Shown: in pieces, positions 55,048 to 64,000 of the stretch
How positions within the stretch are numbered: the first letter of the stretch is position 1
Layout: each line of letters starts with the position of its first letter
NCBI GenBank assembly: GCA_017532025.1
Contig: JAFXJX010000092.1
Coordinates: forward strand, 22,642 to 86,641
Origin: Clostridia bacterium
GTDB lineage: Bacteria; Bacillota; Clostridia; Oscillospirales; CAG-272
DNA: 64,000 bases
Direction: 5' to 3'
Program-made: the position numbers and the translations under genes
The notes under the pieces: generated by a model
What the model was told of the DNA's origin: nothing
The model's database searches: none
The model's input: only the letters and a program-made list of their open reading frames with translations

Positions 55048-55212
55048 TCATTGCCACCCCTTTCGGCTTAATTTGTTGTTTTAGTATAACATATTTGAGA
55101 TGCAATTTCAAGAGTTTTTTCGCAAGAAACCAAACACGCACCCATTTTGAATCGCATGGTCATATAATAGGATGGAAAAGTCTTCTTGCTTTGAATATTC
55201 ACCCACAAATCT

Positions 55213-55236
55213 TGCATATATTTGCATAATTATGCA
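55213..55236. promoter_or_regulatory. Candidate ArgR/AhrC operators (overlapping ARG-box-like palindromes)
   Basis: TGCATATATTTGCA (55213-26) is a near-palindrome and TGCATAATTATGCA (55223-36) is a perfect 14-bp palindrome. TGAATATTCA lies at 55192-55201. All are in the XRE/argG divergent region. Confidence 0.45.
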
Positions 55237-55314
55237 ATAATTCACGCATAACTGCAAAAAGTTGCAAAAGCAAAGCAGAATCAAAAAAATATTGAAAAAT
55301 CTTCAAAAAAGCTA

Positions 55315-55343
55315 TTGACAAAGCGAATGTTATTGGCTATAAT
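55315..55343 (+). promoter_or_regulatory. Consensus sigma-A promoter (TTGACA-17 nt-TATAAT) of the arg operon
   Basis: TTGACA lies at 55315-20 and TATAAT at 55338-43, both exact consensus, 49 nt upstream of the argG ATG. Confidence 0.75.
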
Positions 55344-55356
55344 GGGATTCGTGATT

Positions 55357-55380
55357 TGCAAATATCAGAATATTTATGCA
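55357..55380. promoter_or_regulatory. Candidate ArgR operator overlapping the arg transcript start region
   Basis: TGCAAATATCAGAATATTTATGCA has TGCA-AT-rich-TGCA symmetry, as in the upstream boxes. It lies between the -10 element and the RBS. Confidence 0.4.
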
Positions 55381-55391
55381 TGGAGGCTAAC

Positions 55392-56615
55392 ATGAATAAA
55401 GAAAATATCAAAAAAGTCGTACTCGCCTACTCGGGCGGTCTGGATACATCCATCATCATTCCGTGGCTCAAGGAAAACTACAACAACTGCGAAGTGATTG
55501 CCGTTTCGGGCAACGTCGGTCAGGCTGACGAGCTTGAAGGTCTTGAAGAAAAGGCACTCAAAACAGGTGCATCCAAGCTCTACGTTCTCGATCTTACCGA
55601 AGAATACGTAAACGAATACATCATCCCCACCATGAAGGCAGGCGCTATCTACGAAGAATACCTTCTCGGCACCAGCCACGCACGTCCCTGCATTGCCAAG
55701 GGTCTTGCTGAAATCGCCATCAAAGAAGGCGCTGACGCGATCTGCCACGGCTGCACCGGCAAGGGCAACGACCAGGTTCGTTTTGAGCTTACCCTCAAGC
55801 ACTTCTGCCCCGATATGCCCATCATCGCTCCTTGGCGCGAATGGGATATCAAGAGCCGTGAAGAAGAGATCGAATACGCAGAGGCGCACAATGTACCGCT
55901 GAAGATCAACCGCGAAACCAACTATTCCAAAGATAAAAACCTCTGGCACCTTTCCCACGAAGGTCTTGACCTCGAAGACACCGGCAATGAGCCGCTTTAC
56001 GATAAGCCCGGCTTCCTTGAAATGGGTGTTTCCCCCATCATGGCACCCGATAAGCCCACCTACATCACCCTTGATTTTGAACAAGGTGTTCCGGTTGCCT
56101 TCAACGGCGAAAAGATGAGCGCCAAGGAAATCATCCTTGCTCTTAACAAGGTTGGCGGCGAAAACGGCATCGGTCTTCTTGACATCGTGGAAAACCGTCT
56201 TGTCGGCATGAAGTGCCGCGGCGTTTATGAAACCCCCGGCGGAGCTATCCTTTACAAAGCTCACTCGGTTCTTGAATCGATCTGCCTTGATAAAATGACA
56301 CTCCACGAAAAGCAGAAGCTTTCCATCACCTATGCCGAGCTCGTTTACAACGGTCAGTGGTTCACTCCCCTTCGCGAAGCGCTTGCCGCATTTGTTGACA
56401 AAACTCAGGAAAAAGTGACCGGTAAGGTGCGCCTGAAGCTCTACAAGGGCAACATGATCAATGCAGGTGTATGGAGCGATTACTCGCTGTACAGCGAAGA
56501 GATCGCAACCTTCGGCGAAAGCGACTACGATCAGAAGGATTCCGCAGGCTTCATCAACCTCTACGGTCTGCCGATCAAGGTGCAGGCTATGGTGGACGCC
56601 AAGAACAAGAAGTAA
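55392..56615 (+). CDS. argG: Argininosuccinate synthase
   Basis: [12 protein letters not shown] is the P-loop-like motif, and [12 protein letters not shown] and SHEGL are also present. A GGAGG RBS precedes the ATG at 55392. Confidence 0.95.
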   Translation: MNKENIKKVVLAYSGGLDTSIIIPWLKENYNNCEVIAVSGNVGQADELEGLEEKALKTGASKLYVLDLTEEYVNEYIIPTMKAGAIYEEYLLGTSHARPCIAKGLAEIAIKEGADAICHGCTGKGNDQVRFELTLKHFCPDMPIIAPWREWDIKSREEEIEYAEAHNVPLKINRETNYSKDKNLWHLSHEGLDLEDTGNEPLYDKPGFLEMGVSPIMAPDKPTYITLDFEQGVPVAFNGEKMSAKEIILALNKVGGENGIGLLDIVENRLVGMKCRGVYETPGGAILYKAHSVLESICLDKMTLHEKQKLSITYAELVYNGQWFTPLREALAAFVDKTQEKVTGKVRLKLYKGNMINAGVWSDYSLYSEEIATFGESDYDQKDSAGFINLYGLPIKVQAMVDAKNKK

Positions 56616-56627
56616 GATTTTCCGAAT

Positions 56628-56670
56628 AGGCACCGTTCGCTTTTTGCCGCGGTGCCTTCTCGTGTTTTTT
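56628..56670 (+). terminator. Intra-operon hairpin with U-tract between argG and argH (possible partial terminator)
   Basis: AGGCACCG (56628-35) pairs with CGGTGCCT (56650-57). It is followed by TCTCGTGTTTTTT. Confidence 0.45.
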
Positions 56671-56724
56671 GAAATATCAAAATTTATGACAATTTGACCC
56701 CCAAAAGAAAGGATCATCACCATT

Positions 56725-58101
56725 ATGAGCAAAATGTGGGCAGGACGCACAGCAGGCGAAACCGACAAGCTTGCCGACGATTTTAACTCGTCGATCGCGT
56801 TCGATTCGAGAATGTACCGCCAGGATATCACAGGCAGTATGGCACACGCCGCCATGCTTGGCAAGCAAGGCATCATCACGGATGGCGAAGCAGAACAACC
56901 CATTAACGGTCTTGCTGAAATTCTCGCCGATCTTGAAAGCGGCGCACTTTCGATCGATATGACAGCCGAGGACATCCATATGTTCGTGGAAAGCGAACTC
57001 ACACGCCGTCTTGGCGACCTTGGCAAAAAGCTTCACACCGCAAGAAGCCGCAACGACCAGGTGGCACTTGATCTGCGCCTGTACCTGCGCGATGAGATCA
57101 AAGTCATCATGTCCGAGATCAAAGCACTCATTGCCGCCCTTTGTGAAAAGGCGGAAGAAAACAAAGACGCGATCATGCCGGGCTACACCCATCTGCAAAG
57201 AGCACAGCCGATCCTGTTCGCTCACCACTTGCTTGCCTACTGCATGATGCTGATGCGCGATATCGGCCGTTTTGAAGATACCGCCCGCCGCATGAACGCA
57301 TCCCCCCTCGGCTGCTGTGCCCTTGCCGGCACAACTTATGATACCGACCGTCACTTTGAAGCCGAAAGGCTCGGCTTTGGAGAAGTGATGCAAAACTCGC
57401 TCGACGGCGTTTCAGACCGCGATTTCGGTGTGGAATTGATGTCCGCCTGCTCGCTTTTAATGATGCACCTTTCCCGCCTTTCGGAGGAAATCATTCTGTG
57501 GGCAAGCTGGGAATTCAAATTCATCGAGCTCTCCGACGCTTACACCACAGGCTCTTCGATCATGCCGCAGAAGAAAAATCCCGACATGGCAGAGCTGATC
57601 CGCGGCAAAACAGGCAGAGTGTACGGCGACCTCATGGCGCTCCTCACCACCTTGAAGGGTCTGCCGCTCGCTTATAACAAAGATATGCAGGAAGACAAAG
57701 AAGCCATCTTCGATGCTCTTGACACGGTCAAGCTTTGCCTTTCGGTCATGACACCCATGATTGCCACCATGACCTCCCTCAAAGCCAACATGAAAAAAGC
57801 CGCACAAAAAGGCTTTATCAATGCTACCGACCTTGCCGATTATCTTGTTAAAAAAGGATTGCCCTTCCGCGCGGCATACAAGATCGCAGGCTCGCTTGTG
57901 GCAAAATGCATTGCCGAAAACACAGTTCTTGAAGACCTCCCTCTTTCGGTGTATCAAGACTACAGCGAACTTTTTGACAACGACCTGTACGGTGAGATCT
58001 CGCTCGAAACCTGCGTGGAAAAACGCAGCTCCGAAGGTGGCACGTCACCCGCATCGGTTGAAAAACAAATCACGCTCGTGAAGGAGTATCTGGCAAAATG
58101 A
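56725..58101 (+). CDS. argH: Argininosuccinate lyase
   Basis: WAGRT, TARSRNDQVA, PGYTHLQRAQP and GSSIMPQKKNPD (the fumarate-lyase signature) are present. Confidence 0.95.
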   Translation: MSKMWAGRTAGETDKLADDFNSSIAFDSRMYRQDITGSMAHAAMLGKQGIITDGEAEQPINGLAEILADLESGALSIDMTAEDIHMFVESELTRRLGDLGKKLHTARSRNDQVALDLRLYLRDEIKVIMSEIKALIAALCEKAEENKDAIMPGYTHLQRAQPILFAHHLLAYCMMLMRDIGRFEDTARRMNASPLGCCALAGTTYDTDRHFEAERLGFGEVMQNSLDGVSDRDFGVELMSACSLLMMHLSRLSEEIILWASWEFKFIELSDAYTTGSSIMPQKKNPDMAELIRGKTGRVYGDLMALLTTLKGLPLAYNKDMQEDKEAIFDALDTVKLCLSVMTPMIATMTSLKANMKKAAQKGFINATDLADYLVKKGLPFRAAYKIAGSLVAKCIAENTVLEDLPLSVYQDYSELFDNDLYGEISLETCVEKRSSEGGTSPASVEKQITLVKEYLAK

Positions 58102-59033
58102 CAAAAGTATTCATAGACGGAAGCGCAGGCACCACTGGTCTTCGCATTGTGGAGCGTCTTTCTACCCGCCGCGACCTTTCTCTCATTATCCTTCCCGACG
58201 ATAAAAGAAAAGACCCCCAAGCAAGAAAAGAAGCACTTCATTCTGCCGACATTGCCTTTCTCTGCCTACCCGATGCCGCCGCTGTTGAAGCGGTCGCACT
58301 CGCCGAAGGCTCAGACTGTGTGATCATCGACACCTCCACAGCCCACAGAACCAACGAAGCATGGGCATACGGCTTTCCCGAGCTTTCGGGAAGAAAAGAA
58401 AAAATCCTCGCGTCCAAGAGAATTGCCAATCCCGGTTGCCACGCCTCCGGCTTTGTGGCACTCGTTGAGCCGCTTGTCAGCGCGGGACTTCTTCCCGCCG
58501 ATGCCGAGCTTTGCTGTTTTTCCTTAACAGGCTATTCGGGCGGCGGCAAGAACATGATTGCCGAATACGAAGGAGAAAAAAGAGATCCGCTTCTCGCAGC
58601 ACCCCGTCAGTACGGGCTCACCCAACAACACAAGCACTTAAAAGAAATGGCAAAGATTGCCTCTCTTGAAAAGCTCCCTGCCTTTTCCCCCATCGTTGCG
58701 CCCTTTTACAGCGGCATGGAAGTGACAATTCCGCTTTTCACACACCACTTGAACTGTGAAGCCAAAAACGCCATTTCTGAAATCACCGAAATTTACAAAA
58801 AAACCTTCCGCGGTCCGATCGTTTCCTGTATCGAGAGCACTTCCGAAAACGGCTTTCTTTCGGCAGGCGCGCTCTCAGGCAAAGACACCATGGAAGTTTC
58901 GGTTTACGGCAACGAAGACCGCATCATTTTGGTTTCCCGTTTTGACAACCTCGGCAAAGGCGCATCGGGTGCTGCCATTCAGAATATGAATCTGATTTTG
59001 GGGCTTGACGAAACCACCGGACTTGCGGTATAA
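58098..59033 (+). CDS. argC: N-acetyl-gamma-glutamyl-phosphate reductase (short type-2 form)
   Basis: The 311-aa protein has VFIDGSAGTTGLRI and the active-site motif ANPGCHASG. Its ATG overlaps the argH stop. Confidence 0.9.
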   Translation: MTKVFIDGSAGTTGLRIVERLSTRRDLSLIILPDDKRKDPQARKEALHSADIAFLCLPDAAAVEAVALAEGSDCVIIDTSTAHRTNEAWAYGFPELSGRKEKILASKRIANPGCHASGFVALVEPLVSAGLLPADAELCCFSLTGYSGGGKNMIAEYEGEKRDPLLAAPRQYGLTQQHKHLKEMAKIASLEKLPAFSPIVAPFYSGMEVTIPLFTHHLNCEAKNAISEITEIYKKTFRGPIVSCIESTSENGFLSAGALSGKDTMEVSVYGNEDRIILVSRFDNLGKGASGAAIQNMNLILGLDETTGLAV

Positions 59034-59069
59034 TAACAAGGTTAACGCTAAACATAAAGGTTTGAAAAT

Positions 59070-60293
59070 ATGAAAGATATGAAATTGATCAACGGCGGCG
59101 TGACCGCCGCCAAAGGATTTACGGCAAACGGCATTCATTGCGGCATCCGCAAGAATCGCACCAAGCGCGACCTTTCGCTGATTGTCAGTGAAAAGGTAGC
59201 TTCTGCCGCATCGGTATATACCACCAATCTCGTGAAAGGCGCGCCCCTTCTTGTGACCAAGGAGCACCTGAAAAACGGAAAGGCGCAAGCCATCATTTGC
59301 AACAGCGGCAACGCCAACACCTGTAATGCAAACGGCATCGAAATTGCCGAAGCCATGAGTGAACTCACCGCAAAAGCACTCGGCATTGCGGCAGACGACG
59401 TGGTCGTTGCCTCCACAGGCGTGATCGGTCAACCGCTTGACATTGAACCCATTGCCAACGGTATGGACTCACTTGTCAAAGGTCTTTGCGAAAACGGCAG
59501 TGATGCCGCCGCAGAAGGCATTATGACAACCGACACGGTGAAAAAAGAAGTCGCCGTGGAATTTGCCCTCGGCGGCAAGACCTGCCGTCTTGGCGGCATT
59601 GCCAAGGGCAGCGGCATGATTCACCCCAACATGGCAACCATGCTTGTGTTCATCACCACCGACGCCGCCATCTCCCCCGAAATACTTGGGAAGGCGCTTT
59701 CCAGCGACATTGCGAACACCTTTAACATGGTATCGGTTGACGGCGATACCTCCACCAACGACATGGTCACCGTGCTTGCCAACGGCATGGCAGGCAATCG
59801 CGAAATCACAGAAGAAGGCGAAGATTTTGCCATCTTCATGAAAGCGCTCAACACCGTTACCGTTTCGCTCTGCCGCATGATTGCTGGCGACGGCGAAGGT
59901 GCCACCAAGCTTCTTGAATGCTCGGTCACAGGCGCGCTTGACGAACAAAATGCCAAAACCGTTGCCAAGAGCGTGATCTGCTCTTCCCGGTTGAAAGCCG
60001 CCATGTTCGGCGCGGATGCCAACTGGGGCAGAGTTCTTTGTGCCATCGGCTATTCGGGTGCTACGGTTGACGTTTCCAAGGTTGGCGTTTCGTTCATCAG
60101 CCAAAAGGGCAAGATCACAGTTTGCGAAAACGGTGCGGGCATCGATTTTTCCGAAGAAATCGCCAAAGAAATCTTGCTTGAAAAAGAAATTGAAATCGCC
60201 ATCACGCTCGGCGACGGCTCGTCTTGTGCGAAAGCATGGGGATGCGACCTCACCTACGATTACGTGAAGATCAACGGCGACTACCGCACATAA
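59070..60293 (+). CDS. argJ: Bifunctional glutamate N-acetyltransferase / amino-acid acetyltransferase
   Basis: It has GFTANGIHCGIRK and the autoprocessing site PNMATMLVFITTDA. The length is 407 aa. Confidence 0.95.
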   Translation: MKDMKLINGGVTAAKGFTANGIHCGIRKNRTKRDLSLIVSEKVASAASVYTTNLVKGAPLLVTKEHLKNGKAQAIICNSGNANTCNANGIEIAEAMSELTAKALGIAADDVVVASTGVIGQPLDIEPIANGMDSLVKGLCENGSDAAAEGIMTTDTVKKEVAVEFALGGKTCRLGGIAKGSGMIHPNMATMLVFITTDAAISPEILGKALSSDIANTFNMVSVDGDTSTNDMVTVLANGMAGNREITEEGEDFAIFMKALNTVTVSLCRMIAGDGEGATKLLECSVTGALDEQNAKTVAKSVICSSRLKAAMFGADANWGRVLCAIGYSGATVDVSKVGVSFISQKGKITVCENGAGIDFSEEIAKEILLEKEIEIAITLGDGSSCAKAWGCDLTYDYVKINGDYRT

Positions 60294-60318
60294 AAGGCAA
60301 AGAGGACAGAGAGTAATC

Positions 60319-61200
60319 ATGGACAATCATCTTTTTTCCAATCATGAGCGCGCAGAGGTTTTGACACAAGCGCTCCCCTATATCAAACGCTACAACGGCA
60401 AGATCGTTGTGGTCAAATACGGCGGCAACGCCATGATCAATGAGCAGTTAAAACAGCAGGTCATGGAAGACATCGTGCTTCTTTGGCTGATCGGTGTCAA
60501 GATCGTTCTGGTACACGGTGGCGGCCCCGAAATCAGCGAAATGATGGATAAGCTCGGCAAAAAGCCCACTTGGGTGAACGGTCTGCGCGTTACCGATAAA
60601 GAAACGGTGGATATCGTGCAGATGGTGCTGGCAGGCAAGGTCAACAAGACCCTTGTCAACCTGCTCGAAATGAAGGGCGGCAAAGCCATGGGTATTTCGG
60701 GTATGGACGGCAGACTCATCGAAGCCAAAATGAAAAATCCCGAGCTCGGCTACGTTGGCGAGATCACCAAAATTCACATCAACCCCGTGCTTGACCTGCT
60801 GGAAAAAGGCTACATCCCTGTGATTTCCACCTTGGGTTGCGACAAGCAAGGCAACGCCTACAACATCAACGGCGACACCGCAGCGGCATATATCGCAGGC
60901 GCGATGAATGCCGAGCGTCTCATCATGATGACCGATATCGACGGCATCTTGCGTGACAGAAACGACCCCACCACGCTGATTCGCGAGCTCACCACCGCCG
61001 AAGCCAAGCAGCTGGAAGCCGACGGTATTATTTCAGGCGGCATGATTCCCAAGGTCGAATGCTGTATCAAAGCCATTGATGAAGGCGTGAAAAACGTAAC
61101 CATCATGGACGGCAGAGTGTCCCACGCCATTCTGATGGAACTGCTCACCAACGAAGGTGCAGGTACCATGGTTACCAACGAAACGAAAAAGAGAAAATAA
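60319..61200 (+). CDS. argB: Acetylglutamate kinase
   Basis: IVVVKYGGNAM, VLVHGGGP, NINGDTAA and GGMIPK motifs are present. Confidence 0.95.
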   Translation: MDNHLFSNHERAEVLTQALPYIKRYNGKIVVVKYGGNAMINEQLKQQVMEDIVLLWLIGVKIVLVHGGGPEISEMMDKLGKKPTWVNGLRVTDKETVDIVQMVLAGKVNKTLVNLLEMKGGKAMGISGMDGRLIEAKMKNPELGYVGEITKIHINPVLDLLEKGYIPVISTLGCDKQGNAYNINGDTAAAYIAGAMNAERLIMMTDIDGILRDRNDPTTLIRELTTAEAKQLEADGIISGGMIPKVECCIKAIDEGVKNVTIMDGRVSHAILMELLTNEGAGTMVTNETKKRK

Positions 61201-62364
61201 ATGAAAACGATCAAACAACTTGACGACGAATACGTCGCACATACATACAAGCGCTTCCCTGTTGAAGTGGTGTCCGGCAAAGGCTCGATCCTTTATGACG
61301 CAAACGGCAAACGCTATATTGACCTTGGCTCAGGCATCGGCGTGACCGCCTTCGGCATTGCCGATGAGGTTTGGAACAACGCCGTGATCGAACAGCTTGG
61401 TAAGGTTCAGCATACCTCGAACCTCTACTACACCGAGCCTTGCGCCCGTCTTGCTATGATGCTTTGCGAAAGATGCGGCATGAAGCGCGTCTTCTTCTCA
61501 AACTCGGGTGCCGAAGCCAACGAATGCGCCATCAAGGTCGCAAGAAAGTATGCTTCTGACAAAAAAGGCATCACCGAGCCTGTCATTTTAACACTTGTCA
61601 ACAGCTTCCACGGCAGAACACACACCACACTTGCCGCCACGGGTCAGGAAGTCTTCCATAAGCATTTTCAGCCCTTAACCCCCGGCTTTGTGCATCTGCC
61701 CGTAGGCGATACCGAAGCCCTCAAAGAAGCGGTCAAAACCCATACCGTTGCCGGCATCCTCATTGAATGCGTGCAGGGTGAGGGCGGCGTCAACAAGCTT
61801 CCCGAGGATTATGTAGAAGCCATCAAGCAGATTTGTGAGAGCGAAGATATCCTTTTGATGGTGGATGAAGTGCAAACCGGCAACGGCAGATGCGGCAGTC
61901 TGTACGCCTATATGCAGTACGGCATCACCCCTGACGTGGTCTCCACTGCCAAAGGTCTTGGCGGCGGCTTGCCGATCGGCGCAACGCTTCTTGCCGATAA
62001 GGTCAAGGATGTGCTGGGCTACAGCGATCACGGCTCCACCTTTGGCGGCAACCCCATCGCCGCGGCGGGTGCTTGCAGCATCATCGAGCGCCTTGACGAG
62101 AACTTCCTTGCCGAGGTCAGACAAAAGAGTGACTACCTCTTTGAAGCCTTCCAAAACGCCAAGGGCATCAAGAATGTTTCGGGTATGGGACTTATGATCG
62201 GTCTTGAAACCGAAAAGCCCGCGTCCGAAGTGCTTTCCGCCTGCATGGAAAAAGGCGTGCTTTGCCTCACTGCCAAAACCAAGCTTCGCTTGTTGCCCGC
62301 GCTCAACATTCCCATGGACACCCTCAAAGAAGCGGTAAGCGTGATTCTTGACGCTTGCCAATAA
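61201..62364 (+). CDS. argD: Acetylornithine aminotransferase
   Basis: This class III aminotransferase has [22 protein letters not shown] and [10 protein letters not shown] (PLP lysine). It starts directly after the argB stop. Confidence 0.92.
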   Translation: MKTIKQLDDEYVAHTYKRFPVEVVSGKGSILYDANGKRYIDLGSGIGVTAFGIADEVWNNAVIEQLGKVQHTSNLYYTEPCARLAMMLCERCGMKRVFFSNSGAEANECAIKVARKYASDKKGITEPVILTLVNSFHGRTHTTLAATGQEVFHKHFQPLTPGFVHLPVGDTEALKEAVKTHTVAGILIECVQGEGGVNKLPEDYVEAIKQICESEDILLMVDEVQTGNGRCGSLYAYMQYGITPDVVSTAKGLGGGLPIGATLLADKVKDVLGYSDHGSTFGGNPIAAAGACSIIERLDENFLAEVRQKSDYLFEAFQNAKGIKNVSGMGLMIGLETEKPASEVLSACMEKGVLCLTAKTKLRLLPALNIPMDTLKEAVSVILDACQ

Positions 62365-62383
62365 CCCGAAAGGAAGAACCAAA

Positions 62384-63376
62384 ATGAAAAACAGAAGCTT
62401 TTTGAAACTTCTCGACTATACCCCCGAAGAGATCACCGCTCTTCTCGACTTTGCCGACAAGCTGAAGGCAAAGAAAAAGGCAGGCATTCCCCACCGCCTG
62501 TGCGAGGGCAAGAACATTGCGCTCGTTTTTGAAAAGACCTCCACCCGTACCCGTTGCGCCTTTGAAGTGGCGGCTGCTGACCTCGGTATGCATCCGGTTT
62601 ATCTCGACCCGCAGGGCTCGCAGATTGGCAAAAAGGAATCGATTGCCGATACCGCACGCGTGCTTGGCAGAATGTTCGACGGCATTGAATACCGCGGCTT
62701 CGGTCAGGAGATCGTGGAAGAGCTTGCCAAATACGCAGGCGTTCCGGTTTGGAATGGGCTTACCAACGAATATCACCCCACACAGATCCTTGCCGACTTT
62801 ATGACCATCCGTGAAAAGTTCGGTACGCTTTCGGGCATCAAGCTTGTCTATATGGGTGACGCCCGCTATAACATGGGTAACTCCTTGATGGTAGGTTGCG
62901 CCAAAATGGGTATGCACTTTGTGGCTTGCGCGCCCAAGGCGTATTTCCCGAATGCAGACCTGGTTGCCGCTTGCGAAGAGATCGCCAAGGAAACAGGTGC
63001 CGTTCTTGAATTCATCGAAGACCCCATGCTTGCCACCAAAGATGCGCACGTTATCTACACCGACGTGTGGGTGTCGATGGGCGAGCCTGCTGAGGTATGG
63101 CAAGAAAGAATCGAAGCCCTCTCGCCTTACGCCGTAACCAAAGAGCTCATGGAAAACGCAGGAAAGCAGTGCCGCTTCATGCACTGTCTGCCCGCATTCC
63201 ACGACTTGAAGACAGTTATCGGTCTTGACATTTACAAAAAATTCGGTCTCACCTCGATGGAAGTCACCGACGAGGTGTTCGAAAGCGAAGCATCGATCGT
63301 CTTCGACGAAGCCGAAAACCGTATGCACACCATCAAAGCCGTTATGGCAGCAACCCTCGTGGGCATTCAGGAATAA
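62384..63376 (+). CDS. argF: Ornithine carbamoyltransferase
   Basis: [21 protein letters not shown] and HCLPA motifs are present. The ATG at 62384 follows AAAGGAAG. Confidence 0.95.
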   Translation: MKNRSFLKLLDYTPEEITALLDFADKLKAKKKAGIPHRLCEGKNIALVFEKTSTRTRCAFEVAAADLGMHPVYLDPQGSQIGKKESIADTARVLGRMFDGIEYRGFGQEIVEELAKYAGVPVWNGLTNEYHPTQILADFMTIREKFGTLSGIKLVYMGDARYNMGNSLMVGCAKMGMHFVACAPKAYFPNADLVAACEEIAKETGAVLEFIEDPMLATKDAHVIYTDVWVSMGEPAEVWQERIEALSPYAVTKELMENAGKQCRFMHCLPAFHDLKTVIGLDIYKKFGLTSMEVTDEVFESEASIVFDEAENRMHTIKAVMAATLVGIQE

Positions 63377-63394
63377 AAAATAAAGGAGAAAACC

Positions 63395-64000
63395 ATGAAA
63401 AGAACCAAACTCTGTGCACTTGTTGCCCTGCTTTTGATCTGCGCCATGTTGCTCGCTTCTTGCGGCGATGACGAAAAAGGTATTTCCAAAGCATCCTCGT
63501 TCAACGCCATTCTGAACCCTGATTACAACCCCAACGCGGACAAAATGACGACAGCCTCCACCCTCGACGGTCTCGACGGCTACACCGTTGCGGAATTCAA
63601 CGACGATTTTGCCGTATTCACAAAAGAATCTTTTGATACCAAAGAACAAACCATCAAAATCGTTTCCCTGCGTCAAGGAACTATCGTTCTCAGCGTCACC
63701 TCTTCTGAGGATGCGCAGTATTCCGTGACTCTCAACAACAACACTCCCACCTTCACAGTTCACAAGCGTTACGGCGAAAATCTCGGCAAAGACCGCTACA
63801 CCCTTTACGACGCTGCCGGTAACTCCATAGCTTCCCAGCTCTACAAGCTCCCCACACCTTCCACCTTTGCCGATCTGATTCTCTTCGATTCCACACTCTA
63901 CGAAGAAGATGAAACCGGCAAACTCAACGAAGTGGTCACCATCGCTGAAAACTTCAAGATCAGCGAACCCGACGCTTACAGCGAAAAGTATTTCTATTTC
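63395..64000 (+). CDS. Putative lipoprotein (partial; runs off window)
   Basis: ATG at 63395 follows AAAGGAG. The signal peptide with lipobox is MKRTKLCALVALLLICAMLLASC. The frame is open for 202 codons to the window edge. The antisense ORF 62324-63763 is a shadow. Confidence 0.75.
   Translation, partial: MKRTKLCALVALLLICAMLLASCGDDEKGISKASSFNAILNPDYNPNADKMTTASTLDGLDGYTVAEFNDDFAVFTKESFDTKEQTIKIVSLRQGTIVLSVTSSEDAQYSVTLNNNTPTFTVHKRYGENLGKDRYTLYDAAGNSIASQLYKLPTPSTFADLILFDSTLYEEDETGKLNEVVTIAENFKISEPDAYSEKYFYF

Noticed and set aside
55374-57026. 550-aa minus-strand ORF across argG/argH
   Set aside because: It is antisense to two unmistakable arginine biosynthesis genes and even spans their intergenic spacer. 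It has low-complexity composition and no RBS. It is a shadow ORF.
62324-63763. 479-aa minus-strand ORF across argF and the lipoprotein gene
   Set aside because: It is antisense to argF (clear STRTR/HPTQ/HCLPA motifs) and to a signal-peptide-bearing ORF. It is a shadow ORF.

Overview
The window looks like a chromosomal segment from a spore-forming Clostridia-type Firmicute. Evidence is the yabM/spoVB-like, mazG, yabO, yabP, yabQ, divIC synteny, the recJ-relA-dtd-hemZ block, and an eyeballed GC of about 50-58%. It is densely coding, with about 50 CDS.

Most genes are housekeeping:
- the cdaA-cdaR c-di-AMP operon
- a split transketolase
- fumC, malic enzyme and pduL
- type III glutamine synthetase
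- a PerR-like regulator with rubrerythrin
- DegV
- a complete argGHCJBDF operon with a consensus sigma-A promoter and palindromic ARG-box-like operators

I found no rRNA, tRNA, CRISPR array, transposase, integrase or prophage genes. I also found no recognisable defence system.

The parts worth a second look are:
1. A well-formed T-box leader drives a two-gene operon. The first gene is LeuA-like but has lost the catalytic motifs while keeping the LeuA regulatory domain. The second is a TIM-barrel/adenylate-forming enzyme fusion.
2. An AT-rich single-gene island encodes a sigma-70/ECF-type factor fused to a roughly 370-aa soluble C-terminal domain.
3. A 2244-aa BspA-type LRR surface protein carries an embedded hydrophobic helical module and ends in a C-terminal TM anchor.
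4. An orphan BcrAD/BadFG-type double-ATPase activase sits next to a dehydratase-like gene, a DegV gene and a membrane protein.
5. Two interrupted genes are present: a frameshifted spoVB/yabM-like flippase, and an anti-sigma-like gene split by one in-frame TAG.
6. A 223-bp MITE-like element has 22-bp terminal inverted repeats.
7. A convergent intergenic region is packed with GC-rich hairpins whose pairings are mutually exclusive.

All product calls rest on motifs and family resemblance recognised by eye. No database search or RNA folding program was run.
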